From the IMG/VR virus record IMGVR_UViG_3300022872_000001, positions 32,001 through 96,000 of that record: a DNA stretch of 64,000 nucleotides, one strand, 5' to 3'. The DNA is from a virus. Below the pieces are notes generated by a model that was not told the DNA's origin, made no database searches, and saw nothing but the letters and a program-made list of their open reading frames with translations. The translations under genes and the position numbers were made by a program. Positions 26,917-36,254 of the stretch are shown piece by piece. Positions within the stretch are counted from its first letter, which is position 1, and each line of letters opens with the position of its first letter.

Positions 26917-27849
26917 ATGGATAGTATCGCTGATTTGGAATTGCTCACCGAAGGTTCTGTTTGGACCCGTACAAACGGTCAACACAATATCGTTCTTTGC
27001 GTCACCAACGAAAACCTTCCTCCGAAGGCTGTGAAAAGCAATCCTCGCCAAGTTGTCTACATCAATGAGAAAGGAGATATCTTCAATCAAACAGTAGGTA
27101 ACTTCCTTTCGACTCGCACCTTCTTCAATGTGCATCCGGTACTGGAATCGCGTCTGCTGGCTTTGCTCAAAAATCTGGATGAAGGTGAAGAAACTGAGAA
27201 TGAGGAAACCACTCTTCTCGTCGATGACAGCGAGGAAGAAAACGAGACAGTAATTGATCCGATCGAATCGATTGCATCTGAAACGCCAAAGAATCCGATT
27301 AAGTTCTTCCCGATGAACTCCGTGGAATTGCCAACTCTGATTCAACCACAGCGTCTCCAGGAACTGCTGGCATCCTACGAGGTTGTTCCTAATCTGGAAC
27401 GTAATTGGCTTGTACACACCCTGGCATTCCGCATTGAACCAGATGTTTCGGCAAATGACATCTTCAAAACATTCCATGCAAGTAACGTGGAGCACAATGT
27501 TCTGTTCGGTTTCGATGTCACCTCACCAGCCGTAGTAAATGGGCGTGACCACGTTGCTTGGGTTTATAGCCTCGGTACGTATCCCTACATTGTTGATGGT
27601 GACCAGTACACCCGCGTTATGTTGGCTACTAACTCGCCGGTCCCTACTGAAATCCCAGAAGAAACAGCAACGACAAGTTTTGCAGACTTCATCCCCGGGG
27701 AAAACACTGACACTCCTTTGGAATCGTCTTCCGACTTCGAGGACGCAAGTGGAGCGCCAGTAACTCTGCACGACGCGAACGGTTTTGCAACTGCGGATGC
27801 GGTCGCTGCGGTTCTCGAAAAAGAAGCACAAGAAACGCAGGCAGGCTAA
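26917..27849 (+). CDS. hypothetical protein, 310 aa, acidic
   Basis: AAGGA SD; AGTAAATA at 26859. Confidence 0.8.
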   Translation: MDSIADLELLTEGSVWTRTNGQHNIVLCVTNENLPPKAVKSNPRQVVYINEKGDIFNQTVGNFLSTRTFFNVHPVLESRLLALLKNLDEGEETENEETTLLVDDSEEENETVIDPIESIASETPKNPIKFFPMNSVELPTLIQPQRLQELLASYEVVPNLERNWLVHTLAFRIEPDVSANDIFKTFHASNVEHNVLFGFDVTSPAVVNGRDHVAWVYSLGTYPYIVDGDQYTRVMLATNSPVPTEIPEETATTSFADFIPGENTDTPLESSSDFEDASGAPVTLHDANGFATADAVAAVLEKEAQETQAG

Positions 27850-27876
27850 TCGCAGGCTATCGTAGTACGTAATACT

Positions 27877-27922
27877 AAGCCCGACCCTTAGGTATCAAAG
27901 CCTGACGGTCGGGCTTTCCTTA
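27877..27922 (+). terminator. intrinsic terminator
   Basis: AAGCCCGACC...GGTCGGGCTT followed by TCCTT. Confidence 0.7.
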
Positions 27923-27943
27923 ATTCAACTACAAAAATCCATC

Positions 27944-28972
27944 ATGCGAATTAATAAAGGTGATTACTTAATCGTTTCCAATACTTCTCAAAAGGGAAGC
28001 AAGAAGCATATGATTAAGGTGAAAGCTGTAGACAGCAAAGAGGTGCAAGGTGTTATGGAGCATATGCGCCATATTCCTAAATTGCGTCAATTCATTACCT
28101 GCAAAACTTCCGATGTACTCCTTAGCCTCGGTACTGATCCTGCTATCGGTAAAGTATATGGTGTAGAGGTAGGTGAACGTTACCAAGGTGCTAAGACACA
28201 TAAGCATTTTGGTGATATGCATCTTTTCTATCCTGCCGAGAAACAGGTGATCACGGATCTATTTGAAGCTTGTGATAAGGTTCATAAGATTCTATCCCGG
28301 CTAGGTCTTGAATTCCTGCTAGATGCCATCATTTGGGAAATTGTTCCCCACACGGGAGGTAAATGGGCAGGCAAGTATATCTATAAACGTAAAGGTGAGG
28401 AAGTTACTTGCCGAATTCGTCTGCAACTTGAACATTCTCCTGCTTCGGAATACGTGTACCTTCTGCTGCACGAAATTGCACACCATATGCATTTCATGTT
28501 CGCCACAGGTAAGAAGTTGAATGCTAAGTGGGTGCAACTATTCAATACGTCCATCAAGCCACAGACAATCAAAAAGGAAGTCAGCCAATCCCTTTTGGAG
28601 AATCTAATTGCAGGTGAGGACCTTCCTAGTGACTACCGCCGATTGATTCCTGAGGAGGATACGCTGAGCTATAAATGGATTCTTAGAACCATTAGTCAGG
28701 TACACGGCATTACAGTTCAAGAATTGGACATTCTTTTTGAAGCTGGCTATAAGGATGATATACGAGCTTTGTGGCCTACACGTACTATCTCTCATAAGGA
28801 GCTGGAGCCTGTAATTAGCGAATATAGTTGCGTCAACTGGCGTGAGACATTTGCGGAGGCGTTCTCCTTGCACTATGGTCGTAAGAAGAATGATGCAGCT
28901 TTACCAGACCCTGTAATCAAGCTACTGGAGCGTTCGATATCCTACGCCAAAACACAGCAGGAGAAATCATGA
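27944..28972 (+). CDS. zincin-like metallopeptidase-domain protein
   Basis: LLHEIAHH (HExxH) with distal ETFAEAF. Confidence 0.65.
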   Translation: MRINKGDYLIVSNTSQKGSKKHMIKVKAVDSKEVQGVMEHMRHIPKLRQFITCKTSDVLLSLGTDPAIGKVYGVEVGERYQGAKTHKHFGDMHLFYPAEKQVITDLFEACDKVHKILSRLGLEFLLDAIIWEIVPHTGGKWAGKYIYKRKGEEVTCRIRLQLEHSPASEYVYLLLHEIAHHMHFMFATGKKLNAKWVQLFNTSIKPQTIKKEVSQSLLENLIAGEDLPSDYRRLIPEEDTLSYKWILRTISQVHGITVQELDILFEAGYKDDIRALWPTRTISHKELEPVISEYSCVNWRETFAEAFSLHYGRKKNDAALPDPVIKLLERSISYAKTQQEKS

Positions 28973-29145
28973 AACTGCCTAAAATCTCGGAAGAGGAATT
29001 CATCAAGGCGTATTGTGAAGCTTCCGATATCTCCTGGGAAGAATTACAAAAGACACAGTTTGTTATTGAGTGTGAGTGTGACTACGCGGGGTGCCGTGGT
29101 TGGGTCATGGTATCCAAACAATTAGATTTTCTACCTGCACCGTGA
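28969..29145 (+). CDS. small hypothetical protein, 58 aa (below ORF-track cutoff)
   Basis: ATGA coupling; MKLPKISEEEFIKAYC...CECDYAGCRGW. Confidence 0.65.
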   Translation: MKLPKISEEEFIKAYCEASDISWEELQKTQFVIECECDYAGCRGWVMVSKQLDFLPAP

Positions 29146-29202
29146 ACTGAATCTAACTGATTCGCCAGTAAATACATAGTACCAATAACTGAAAGGAATT
29201 AT

Positions 29203-29694
29203 ATGTACCGCTCAACTAAAACATACGATCACAGTATCGGCATTAGCGCAGCATTTCGGCAATGGAGAGCTACGCATTCCCATTGTTCTTTCCTGCACGG
29301 GTATGCTCTTAAGTTTCATTTTGAATTTGAAAGTACAACCTTAGACTCGCGCAATTGGGTAATTGATTTTGGTGGTTTGGACTTCGTCAAGCAACTGCTC
29401 CAGGAAAACTTCGATCATAAGACAGTAGTAGCTTCAGACGATCCGCAGCTTGAATGGTTTAAGGAAGCAGAGAAACGAGGCATTCTCCAGCTTACTATTA
29501 TTCCTAACGTAGGCTGCGAGAAATTTGCGGAAGAAATTTACAACATGGTGACTACCGCACTAGCACAAAAGTTTCCCGAGCGTGCTAAGACAGTTAAGCT
29601 GACTTTGGTAACCGTTGCCGAGCATACAGCTAATAGTGCTTCCTACCTTCCTGACCATCCTCGTGAAATTGTTTATATTAACCAACCAGATTAA
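29203..29694 (+). CDS. queD: 6-carboxy-tetrahydropterin synthase (PTPS/QueD family)
   Basis: AFRQWRATHSHCSFLHGY, NWVIDFGGL, FDHKT, GCEKFAE, EHTANSA. Confidence 0.9.
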   Translation: MYRSTKTYDHSIGISAAFRQWRATHSHCSFLHGYALKFHFEFESTTLDSRNWVIDFGGLDFVKQLLQENFDHKTVVASDDPQLEWFKEAEKRGILQLTIIPNVGCEKFAEEIYNMVTTALAQKFPERAKTVKLTLVTVAEHTANSASYLPDHPREIVYINQPD

Positions 29695-29703
29695 GGATTT
29701 AAA

Positions 29704-30090
29704 ATGCCAATTACAAAACGTTGGATCGAAGTTAAGTTTGTCAAAGAAGGAATTCATTGTTACCCACAGGCAGCTACCGATCCTAAACTTGCCACTGGAG
29801 GGTGGGACGATGTCTCATTCTTAGGTTCCCCTCACTTCCATTATTTCCATTTTGTCGTCAAGGTAGCTGTAACATTCAACGACCGTGACATTGAATTCAT
29901 CCAATTCAAACGCTGGTGCGAACGCCTGTATTCGGAGGGTACTCTCGAATTGAATAGCCAATCGTGTGAGATGATGGCAGAAGCCTTGATTGGTCAGATT
30001 GCTTCTCAATATCCTTTGCGGCATATTCAGGTATCTGTGTACGAGGACAACATCAACGGCGCTACTTTGGAATATACGGCAGAGGCTTGA
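29704..30090 (+). CDS. QueD-like T-fold protein (possible DpdL-type CDG decarboxylase)
   Basis: KEGIHCYP...VSFLGSPHFHYFHF...RDIEFIQFKRW...SCEMMAE...VYEDNINGA. Confidence 0.7.
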   Translation: MPITKRWIEVKFVKEGIHCYPQAATDPKLATGGWDDVSFLGSPHFHYFHFVVKVAVTFNDRDIEFIQFKRWCERLYSEGTLELNSQSCEMMAEALIGQIASQYPLRHIQVSVYEDNINGATLEYTAEA

Positions 30091-30091
30091 C

Positions 30092-30901
30092 ATGTCTAAA
30101 CTAAACTTTGCGGACTTCACATTCCTCACCACTACATATGAAGGACGTGTTCCTCTTCTCATAAGTACCTTAACCTGCGTAATGAATTCGGTTGTTAATG
30201 GTGAATTCCAGGTTCAGTGGTACGATGATCAAACCTCTACTAACCTTGTAGCCTATAGCTATGCGAAAGACATGCTGTTGCGTATCGCGCGTGCCACAGG
30301 CAATATGGTATGCATCGTTCCTATCAACGAAGCTTTGTCCGTTGCTCACTCCAAGAAAATTAGTCTTAAACGGAATTATTTCGTTAATTTGGATGATGAT
30401 CTGATTATCTCTCCGAGGTCCCTGGAACGTTTATTGGAATCCACACAGAAAGGCATTGCTGACGTTATTACGATCGGCGTTATGGATGCCGATAATTCCC
30501 GAGGCTTTAAGGATTTTGATGAGGTTCGCTATACCTCAATGGAACATTTCCTACAGCATCATCCTCCAGGTAAAGCAAAGCATCATTATTTTGCTAACGA
30601 ATTTACGTTCCATAATCAAAAATGGATCTCTCAGTTATATTGCATGACCCAAGAGGTTTACCAAGACATGATAATTTGGCGTCCGGTATTGGATAAATTC
30701 ACGCAACGCGGCATCCGTGGCTACGACATTGTCCTTGAAAACCAGCTAGCTGCTAGCAAGTATTCCATCGCTTTGCATTCAGGTAACGAGGCGATCCATA
30801 TTGGTCTAGAAGAGCCTTACATTGGTGGTCAATGGACAGGGACAGATTCGATTGCTACAACGGTGGTATCCACCAAGGATGGTTTCAATGTCAGTCAGTA
30901 A
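30092..30901 (+). CDS. GT-A fold glycosyltransferase (GT2-like)
   Basis: FLTTTYEGR N-terminus, FVNLDDDLII DxD motif, YDIVL. Confidence 0.7.
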   Translation: MSKLNFADFTFLTTTYEGRVPLLISTLTCVMNSVVNGEFQVQWYDDQTSTNLVAYSYAKDMLLRIARATGNMVCIVPINEALSVAHSKKISLKRNYFVNLDDDLIISPRSLERLLESTQKGIADVITIGVMDADNSRGFKDFDEVRYTSMEHFLQHHPPGKAKHHYFANEFTFHNQKWISQLYCMTQEVYQDMIIWRPVLDKFTQRGIRGYDIVLENQLAASKYSIALHSGNEAIHIGLEEPYIGGQWTGTDSIATTVVSTKDGFNVSQ

Positions 30902-32033
30902 TCAAATAGAATATCCAACTCGGCATTTCTGGTTGAATGAAATGCAGAAAATGGTCAAACCCGTTCTGACCCGACTCTCAGAAATGCCATTGGTAAATTC
31001 AGGATCCTTGAATAGGGATTCCTGCACTCACCTAGAGGCTTTAGGCAGAGTGCTATGCGGTATAGCCCCTTGGTTGGAGGCCTACCTGGAAGATAGTGAT
31101 GAAAGAGATATTCGAAATGAATATCTCCATCTATCCTATTTAGCTATTATCGAATATTTTGCAATTGATAAAAAACCCGAGAAGCAAAATATCATCGATT
31201 TTGGATACCTGTGCCAAGCCTTTATTCGATGTCCTTCCTTATGGCGTAGTCTTCCAGATTCCACACAATTCCTTATTCGTGATTTTAATGCCAAGTTGGA
31301 TACCTTATTGCCTATAGCAAATAATTGGGTGGTCATGGATGCGATGCCCTCTGCTTTCTTCCTGAGCCTAGGTGAATCCATTAATCCAGCCAAGATTGAT
31401 TTAGCCTTACGTTTAACAGATACTTGGTATAAAGGGGATGGCATATACGGGGACGGCATTAACCTACAAAATGATTACTATAATTCATTGGTAATGCATC
31501 CCGGTTTGGATGATATTGCAGAGGTTATTTTTTATTCTTTTTATAAAGAGGAGTGGCACAAATTTCCGAGGTATATTCGTGCCCGGGCTTACCGATATTC
31601 GGAAATCCAGGAGCGTATGATATCTCCTGAAGGTACGTACCCTGTTCAAGGTCGGTCAATTACTTATCGGTTTGGTGTGTTTCACGCCTTGTCCCATGCT
31701 TTATGGAAAGGCTATTATCCCGGCAATCGTGCAGCCGCCAATCACGCTCTGGCAACCGTAGTGTCTCGCTTTATTCCTACAATGTATGATTCAAACGGTT
31801 GGTTAAAAATAGGATTCATTGGTGACGAGAATAAAGCAATCGCTGAACCGTATATCTCCACAGGTAGCTTGTATGCCGCTGCTCTAATCTTTCCTATACT
31901 GGGTACCTCTACCAGAGATCCTGTGTGGATATCTCCTACAAATACGGAGTGGACGTCACAATTAGCCTTCGGTGGTTCTTCCTTTCATAAGTACGTCGCC
32001 CTAGGTGATCCTGACCCTAAGCCCTTAGTCTAG
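30888..32033 (+). CDS. DUF2264 family protein (alpha/alpha toroid, glycoside hydrolase-like)
   Basis: THLEALGRVLCGIAPWLE, NNW, WYKGDGIYGDG, DYYNS, ISPEGTYPVQGRSITYR, GWLKIGF, YISTGSLY. Confidence 0.85.
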   Translation: MSVSNQIEYPTRHFWLNEMQKMVKPVLTRLSEMPLVNSGSLNRDSCTHLEALGRVLCGIAPWLEAYLEDSDERDIRNEYLHLSYLAIIEYFAIDKKPEKQNIIDFGYLCQAFIRCPSLWRSLPDSTQFLIRDFNAKLDTLLPIANNWVVMDAMPSAFFLSLGESINPAKIDLALRLTDTWYKGDGIYGDGINLQNDYYNSLVMHPGLDDIAEVIFYSFYKEEWHKFPRYIRARAYRYSEIQERMISPEGTYPVQGRSITYRFGVFHALSHALWKGYYPGNRAAANHALATVVSRFIPTMYDSNGWLKIGFIGDENKAIAEPYISTGSLYAAALIFPILGTSTRDPVWISPTNTEWTSQLAFGGSSFHKYVALGDPDPKPLV

Positions 32034-32070
32034 TAAATACTACATGTCAATATTGATTTAAAGGAACATT

Positions 32071-32670
32071 ATGTCTCTCATCTTTTCCAAGCTTACTGAA
32101 GCAAATAAGAAACATTTTTTGGGATTTATCGGAGTTGATCCTGCTGAATTCTTGGCAGCACAATCCGAGGTACCAGCTAAGGTAGCTACCGCTGTGCAGC
32201 GCATTAAAAACATGCCATTCGCTATTGAATCCACTTACGTTGGTCACTCCGGTGGCAAGGATTCAGTTCTGGTTCGGTACCTGGCGGATTTGGCAATTGA
32301 TTATTTGCCGACGGTACATTCAACCAAACTAGAGGGGGTTCCGAATGAAGTTCATCCTTTAACGCGTGAATTTTTGTATGAACAACCTCGCGTCATTACA
32401 TATTCTCCTTTGGATCTTATGCCTTCACTAGGCTATAAGACTCAGATTGATGGCACGCGCATTGCTGAGCACGATCGTTCCAATGGTCGCGCTGTGGACG
32501 TTGTGATTGACGGTAAGCAGGTCAGTCGTAAGGAACTACCGTTGTATTTGGAGAATGGTCTGTTCGGTTTAAACTTTGTTTATCCTATCTACGACTGGTC
32601 TGACGCTGAAGTATGGGCAGCCATTGCTCATTACGATATCCCATTTTCGGAGGAATATTTGTATGGCTAA
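32071..32670 (+). CDS. PAPS-reductase-fold PP-loop protein lacking the C-terminal Cys motif
   Basis: HSGGKDS, DGTRIAE, YPIYDWSDAEVW; ends at EEYLYG. Confidence 0.8.
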   Translation: MSLIFSKLTEANKKHFLGFIGVDPAEFLAAQSEVPAKVATAVQRIKNMPFAIESTYVGHSGGKDSVLVRYLADLAIDYLPTVHSTKLEGVPNEVHPLTREFLYEQPRVITYSPLDLMPSLGYKTQIDGTRIAEHDRSNGRAVDVVIDGKQVSRKELPLYLENGLFGLNFVYPIYDWSDAEVWAAIAHYDIPFSEEYLYG

Positions 32671-33352
32671 TAAATATGGATCTATCATTTTTGCTCCTCA
32701 CGTGGATGATGAGATAATCGGATGCTGGAGGTATCTCAAACCTCCATGCGCACATACGAAGGTTTTTTACTTTTATGAATTGTCAGCCACACGTCGGCGG
32801 GAGGCATTCGAAAGTAGCCTGGCTTTAGGTTTCGATATTAGTTTTGAACCTACTGAAAAAGAAATCCTCGCTCATGTAGAATCTGCGTTTATCGTTCTTG
32901 TACCTAGTCGCAAGGATAGCCACGCTGACCATAAAAAAATTAATGCCAAATATCGGCATTTGGCCACATCTTTTTATTCGGTGGATATGGTTGATGCTTT
33001 AACTCTTCCAGAGAAGGAAGCTAAGGATAAATTGGATGTACTGAATAAGTATTATCCATCCCAGGCTGAGCTGTGGCAGTCGAATGCCAAATACTATCTG
33101 TTTGAGAGTGTTCACAAAACAGATTATGATTCGTATTCGACCTGGACATTCCTAGATAACAATGAGGTAATTGGTAACCTTAAAATAACGGTAAAAACCG
33201 AATATAAGGAACAGGTGAGTGCTGCCTTGGATAAGCTACACGCCGTAGGTTGTTATTCGTTGAGCCATTTAATGGATATCGCCCTCAGTAATGCCCCGTC
33301 AGGTAAGGTCATTATTACAGACCCCGTAAATAACATTCGATTGGAAGCATAA
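32663..33352 (+). CDS. PIG-L/LmbE-family N-deacetylase
   Basis: FAPHVDDEIIG and DSHADH metal-binding motifs; YPSQ. Confidence 0.8.
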   Translation: MANKYGSIIFAPHVDDEIIGCWRYLKPPCAHTKVFYFYELSATRRREAFESSLALGFDISFEPTEKEILAHVESAFIVLVPSRKDSHADHKKINAKYRHLATSFYSVDMVDALTLPEKEAKDKLDVLNKYYPSQAELWQSNAKYYLFESVHKTDYDSYSTWTFLDNNEVIGNLKITVKTEYKEQVSAALDKLHAVGCYSLSHLMDIALSNAPSGKVIITDPVNNIRLEA

Positions 33353-33793
33353 ATGAAAATCGGAATTGAAGTTGAAGGACGTTTACGTGGTATCAAAACG
33401 ATCTTCATTGATCATACAGAGACTACCTCTCTTAAAGATTTATTGGATACGGATGCGCGTCTTGCTCATATAGGTCATATCTATATTTCGGATATTCCTT
33501 CGACTTGGGATGAATCTAACCTTATGCCCTTGGGTTGGGTATTTGATGGTTACACAATAACAATGGAGGTAACCAATAGCTTAATGGATAGATCCGTGTT
33601 GCCATCCAATATTTCCTTGATGTTGAATGTTGAAGGTATAGGTGACGACGGTTCTTCTTTTTATGAGCACATTGAAAACCTTCTACCTGATGACCAGGTA
33701 AAGTTCAATAACGGATTGAATGTTCTGTGCGTAAGCAAGCGGCATTTTATCCAAACCACTCCTGCTGAATTCCTGGATGATACGGAGATTTAA
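33353..33793 (+). CDS. hypothetical protein with degenerate QueE-like N-terminus
   Basis: IGIEVEGRLRGIKTIFI resembles the IQGEG..G.PSVFV of the QueE in this window, without CxxxCxxC. Confidence 0.6.
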   Translation: MKIGIEVEGRLRGIKTIFIDHTETTSLKDLLDTDARLAHIGHIYISDIPSTWDESNLMPLGWVFDGYTITMEVTNSLMDRSVLPSNISLMLNVEGIGDDGSSFYEHIENLLPDDQVKFNNGLNVLCVSKRHFIQTTPAEFLDDTEI

Positions 33794-34942
33794 ATGACTG
33801 ATCTTATAATCGTGCCACTGGAGCCCCTGGTTGAAAGATATACGGGAGCCTGGTACGAACATATACCAACCGAATTCCGGCGTGTAAACTTTAACGTCAA
33901 GGTAATTGATGGCGTTACACTTGCATCCGAAGTAGTAGTTGGTACGTTTTTGGATATTAACTCTACTGCAAATTACAAATTCTCGCAGTTGATGGTAATC
34001 TCCAAGATGTTTCACAATAAGGAAATTAAGGACGGTACCGTATTCTTCTTTTCGGATATCGAATTCTGGGGATTGGAATCCGTTCGCCTTCTTGCGCAGA
34101 TGAATGGTATCAAAGTATTTTTGACAGGTTTCCTACACGCGGCTTCCTACACCAAGGAAGACGCTTTTGCCATTGCGGCACCTTATCAGCAATACACTGA
34201 ACTTGGCTGGTTGGCTGCTTTGGATTTGATCTTCGTTGGTTCGCTATATCACAAGAAGCAGGTACTCAATCTCCGTATTCTACCTCTTGCACAATCGGAA
34301 AGGGAGGTCGTTTCCATGGGAAATAAGATTCGCGTAACAAAGAATCCTATATTCCTGCAAGATTACCCTGCACTTGATACAGGCAATAAAAAGAAGAAGG
34401 TCCTGTTGACCAATCGCTTTGATATTGAAAAACGTCCGAATGAAACGTTGGAATTATTCTTCCGACTGAAAATTGAATTTCCAGAATGGGAATTTGTGGT
34501 GACTACTTCCAGGTCTTCCTTCAAAGGCAATAATCAGTTGATTATTAAGGAAGCCTTGCAGTTAGAGAATGAAGGTGTAATCACCATCAAGGCAGGACTA
34601 ACCAAACTCCAGTATTATCAGGAGCTAGCCGAATCAGCAATTATGGTAACGCATTCAATTGAAGAGAACTACGGCTATTGCATAGCTGAATCTCTGATTT
34701 ACGGTTGTGCCCCTTTGATGCGTAAGGGGTTAAGTCACTCAGAATTTACCGACACTGATGCTTTACTATTTGATTCATCCGGTGCCGCTCCTTACATAGT
34801 AGCAGACCCCGGTTCGGATTACGTTAAGCTTCGGACGCTTATGGCTACCTTCGGTACTCCTGCTTTCCCTAAAATACCATTCTTGGATACTTCAGGTATG
34901 GCTAACATCATCAAAGAGATACAGAACCTCACGGGAACATAA
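33794..34942 (+). CDS. GT-B fold glycosyltransferase (GT4-like)
   Basis: LEPLVERYT, NRFDIEKRP, EENYGYCIAESLIYGC (ExFGxxxxEA-like). Confidence 0.85.
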   Translation: MTDLIIVPLEPLVERYTGAWYEHIPTEFRRVNFNVKVIDGVTLASEVVVGTFLDINSTANYKFSQLMVISKMFHNKEIKDGTVFFFSDIEFWGLESVRLLAQMNGIKVFLTGFLHAASYTKEDAFAIAAPYQQYTELGWLAALDLIFVGSLYHKKQVLNLRILPLAQSEREVVSMGNKIRVTKNPIFLQDYPALDTGNKKKKVLLTNRFDIEKRPNETLELFFRLKIEFPEWEFVVTTSRSSFKGNNQLIIKEALQLENEGVITIKAGLTKLQYYQELAESAIMVTHSIEENYGYCIAESLIYGCAPLMRKGLSHSEFTDTDALLFDSSGAAPYIVADPGSDYVKLRTLMATFGTPAFPKIPFLDTSGMANIIKEIQNLTGT

Positions 34943-34943
34943 C

Positions 34944-36254
34944 ATGTCAGTCAATTACGTTGCAGCTGGAATCGAAGCTTACTCTGGCACACCTGGGCAG
35001 CTTCACGTTACGTATGAAGCCAACGAAAAAGAATCCTCTCACTTTGGTAGGAAATATAAACAATGGCTTACCACAGATAAGACGATAACGTACGCCAAAG
35101 GAGGTGGTAAGAAATCCATTATGGCTGCACCCTCTGACGTAATGGTACCTATCGGTTCCGCTGCTTTCGTTAAGGCATGTGGCTTAACTAAGATTCTGGC
35201 AAATCCTATCCATAAGAGTTTTGATAAGACCGCGTTTGAAGCTTTAGGTATTGAATCTATTGTGGATTCAGGAGGCTTCCAGATGTTGAAAGGAACTGTG
35301 CCTTTCGTACATCCGGATGATGTGGTCAAACGCTATAACGACACAGCCAATATTGGTATGCCCTTGGACTTACCTGTGCGTGGTTCTGTTGAGCATCTGT
35401 ATTTTGATCCGGTATCCAAGATGATCAAAGCCAACGATAAATATATTCTGGATAGGCTGAATCCGGGTATTGATCTGGCTTTGATTAGTCATGGTACGTC
35501 CTTGGAAAGGCGCAAACGTCGCTTGGATGTCCTTGATCGGGATGCGAAAGTTATAGCCATTGCAGGTTTGAACATTAAACCTGCGCCGGGTGTTGACCAT
35601 GTCTACAATTCAGTAGAGAATTTGATGTACGTCATCCATAGGTATCATAAGACTGCACGATACTTCCACGTCCTAGGTGTTACGTCCAAGCTATGGATTT
35701 TTATATACGCACTTCTGGACGCTACAGGCTATGTGAAGTCTATTGGTGGAGATTCGGTCAGCCATAGACTGGGTGCCTTAGTAGGTATGTACGACACCTA
35801 TGATTTTGACTCAGTAGAATTGAATCGTAAGACGCCTTACAAAACATCTCTTCCATGCAATTGCCCTATCTGCTCGGTAGTAGATGATTCGCGCATCATT
35901 CAGGAATCTATGATCTTGGAGAGTCACAATCTATGGGTTAGGTCTAAGCAGACAGAATTACTGAGCGATATGGCAAAATCTTATGTCAAGGGAACCTTGC
36001 CTATACGGGAGGTTTATAAGATTCTCCGTCTCACCATGGGTGAACCTCGTTTCGTTGCCATGATTCGTTACATAGAGGAAATCATGGTGACCAATAAATT
36101 CAAACCATTAAGGCATGGTAAAAAGGCTGGCTCCTTATTTGCAGTAGCCCCCAAACATGAAATCTCGGATTCAACCAAAGCCTTAAGCGGTCACTACAAA
36201 GAGGTACTTTCGAAATATGAAAAATTCCACAAAGTTAGTTTCTTCAAAAAATAA
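34944..36254 (+). CDS. dpdA: DpdA / TGT-fold DNA 7-deazaguanine transglycosylase
   Basis: IVDSGGFQ, MPLDLP, FHVLG, DSVSH, Zn site CNCPIC...HNL; in a folE/queD/queE cluster. Confidence 0.85.
   Translation: MSVNYVAAGIEAYSGTPGQLHVTYEANEKESSHFGRKYKQWLTTDKTITYAKGGGKKSIMAAPSDVMVPIGSAAFVKACGLTKILANPIHKSFDKTAFEALGIESIVDSGGFQMLKGTVPFVHPDDVVKRYNDTANIGMPLDLPVRGSVEHLYFDPVSKMIKANDKYILDRLNPGIDLALISHGTSLERRKRRLDVLDRDAKVIAIAGLNIKPAPGVDHVYNSVENLMYVIHRYHKTARYFHVLGVTSKLWIFIYALLDATGYVKSIGGDSVSHRLGALVGMYDTYDFDSVELNRKTPYKTSLPCNCPICSVVDDSRIIQESMILESHNLWVRSKQTELLSDMAKSYVKGTLPIREVYKILRLTMGEPRFVAMIRYIEEIMVTNKFKPLRHGKKAGSLFAVAPKHEISDSTKALSGHYKEVLSKYEKFHKVSFFKK

Noticed and set aside
32071-32670. Calling the SGGKDS protein QueC or a true PAPS reductase
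   Set aside because: It lacks the QueC C-terminal Zn-binding cysteines and the reductase C-terminal redox Cys motif
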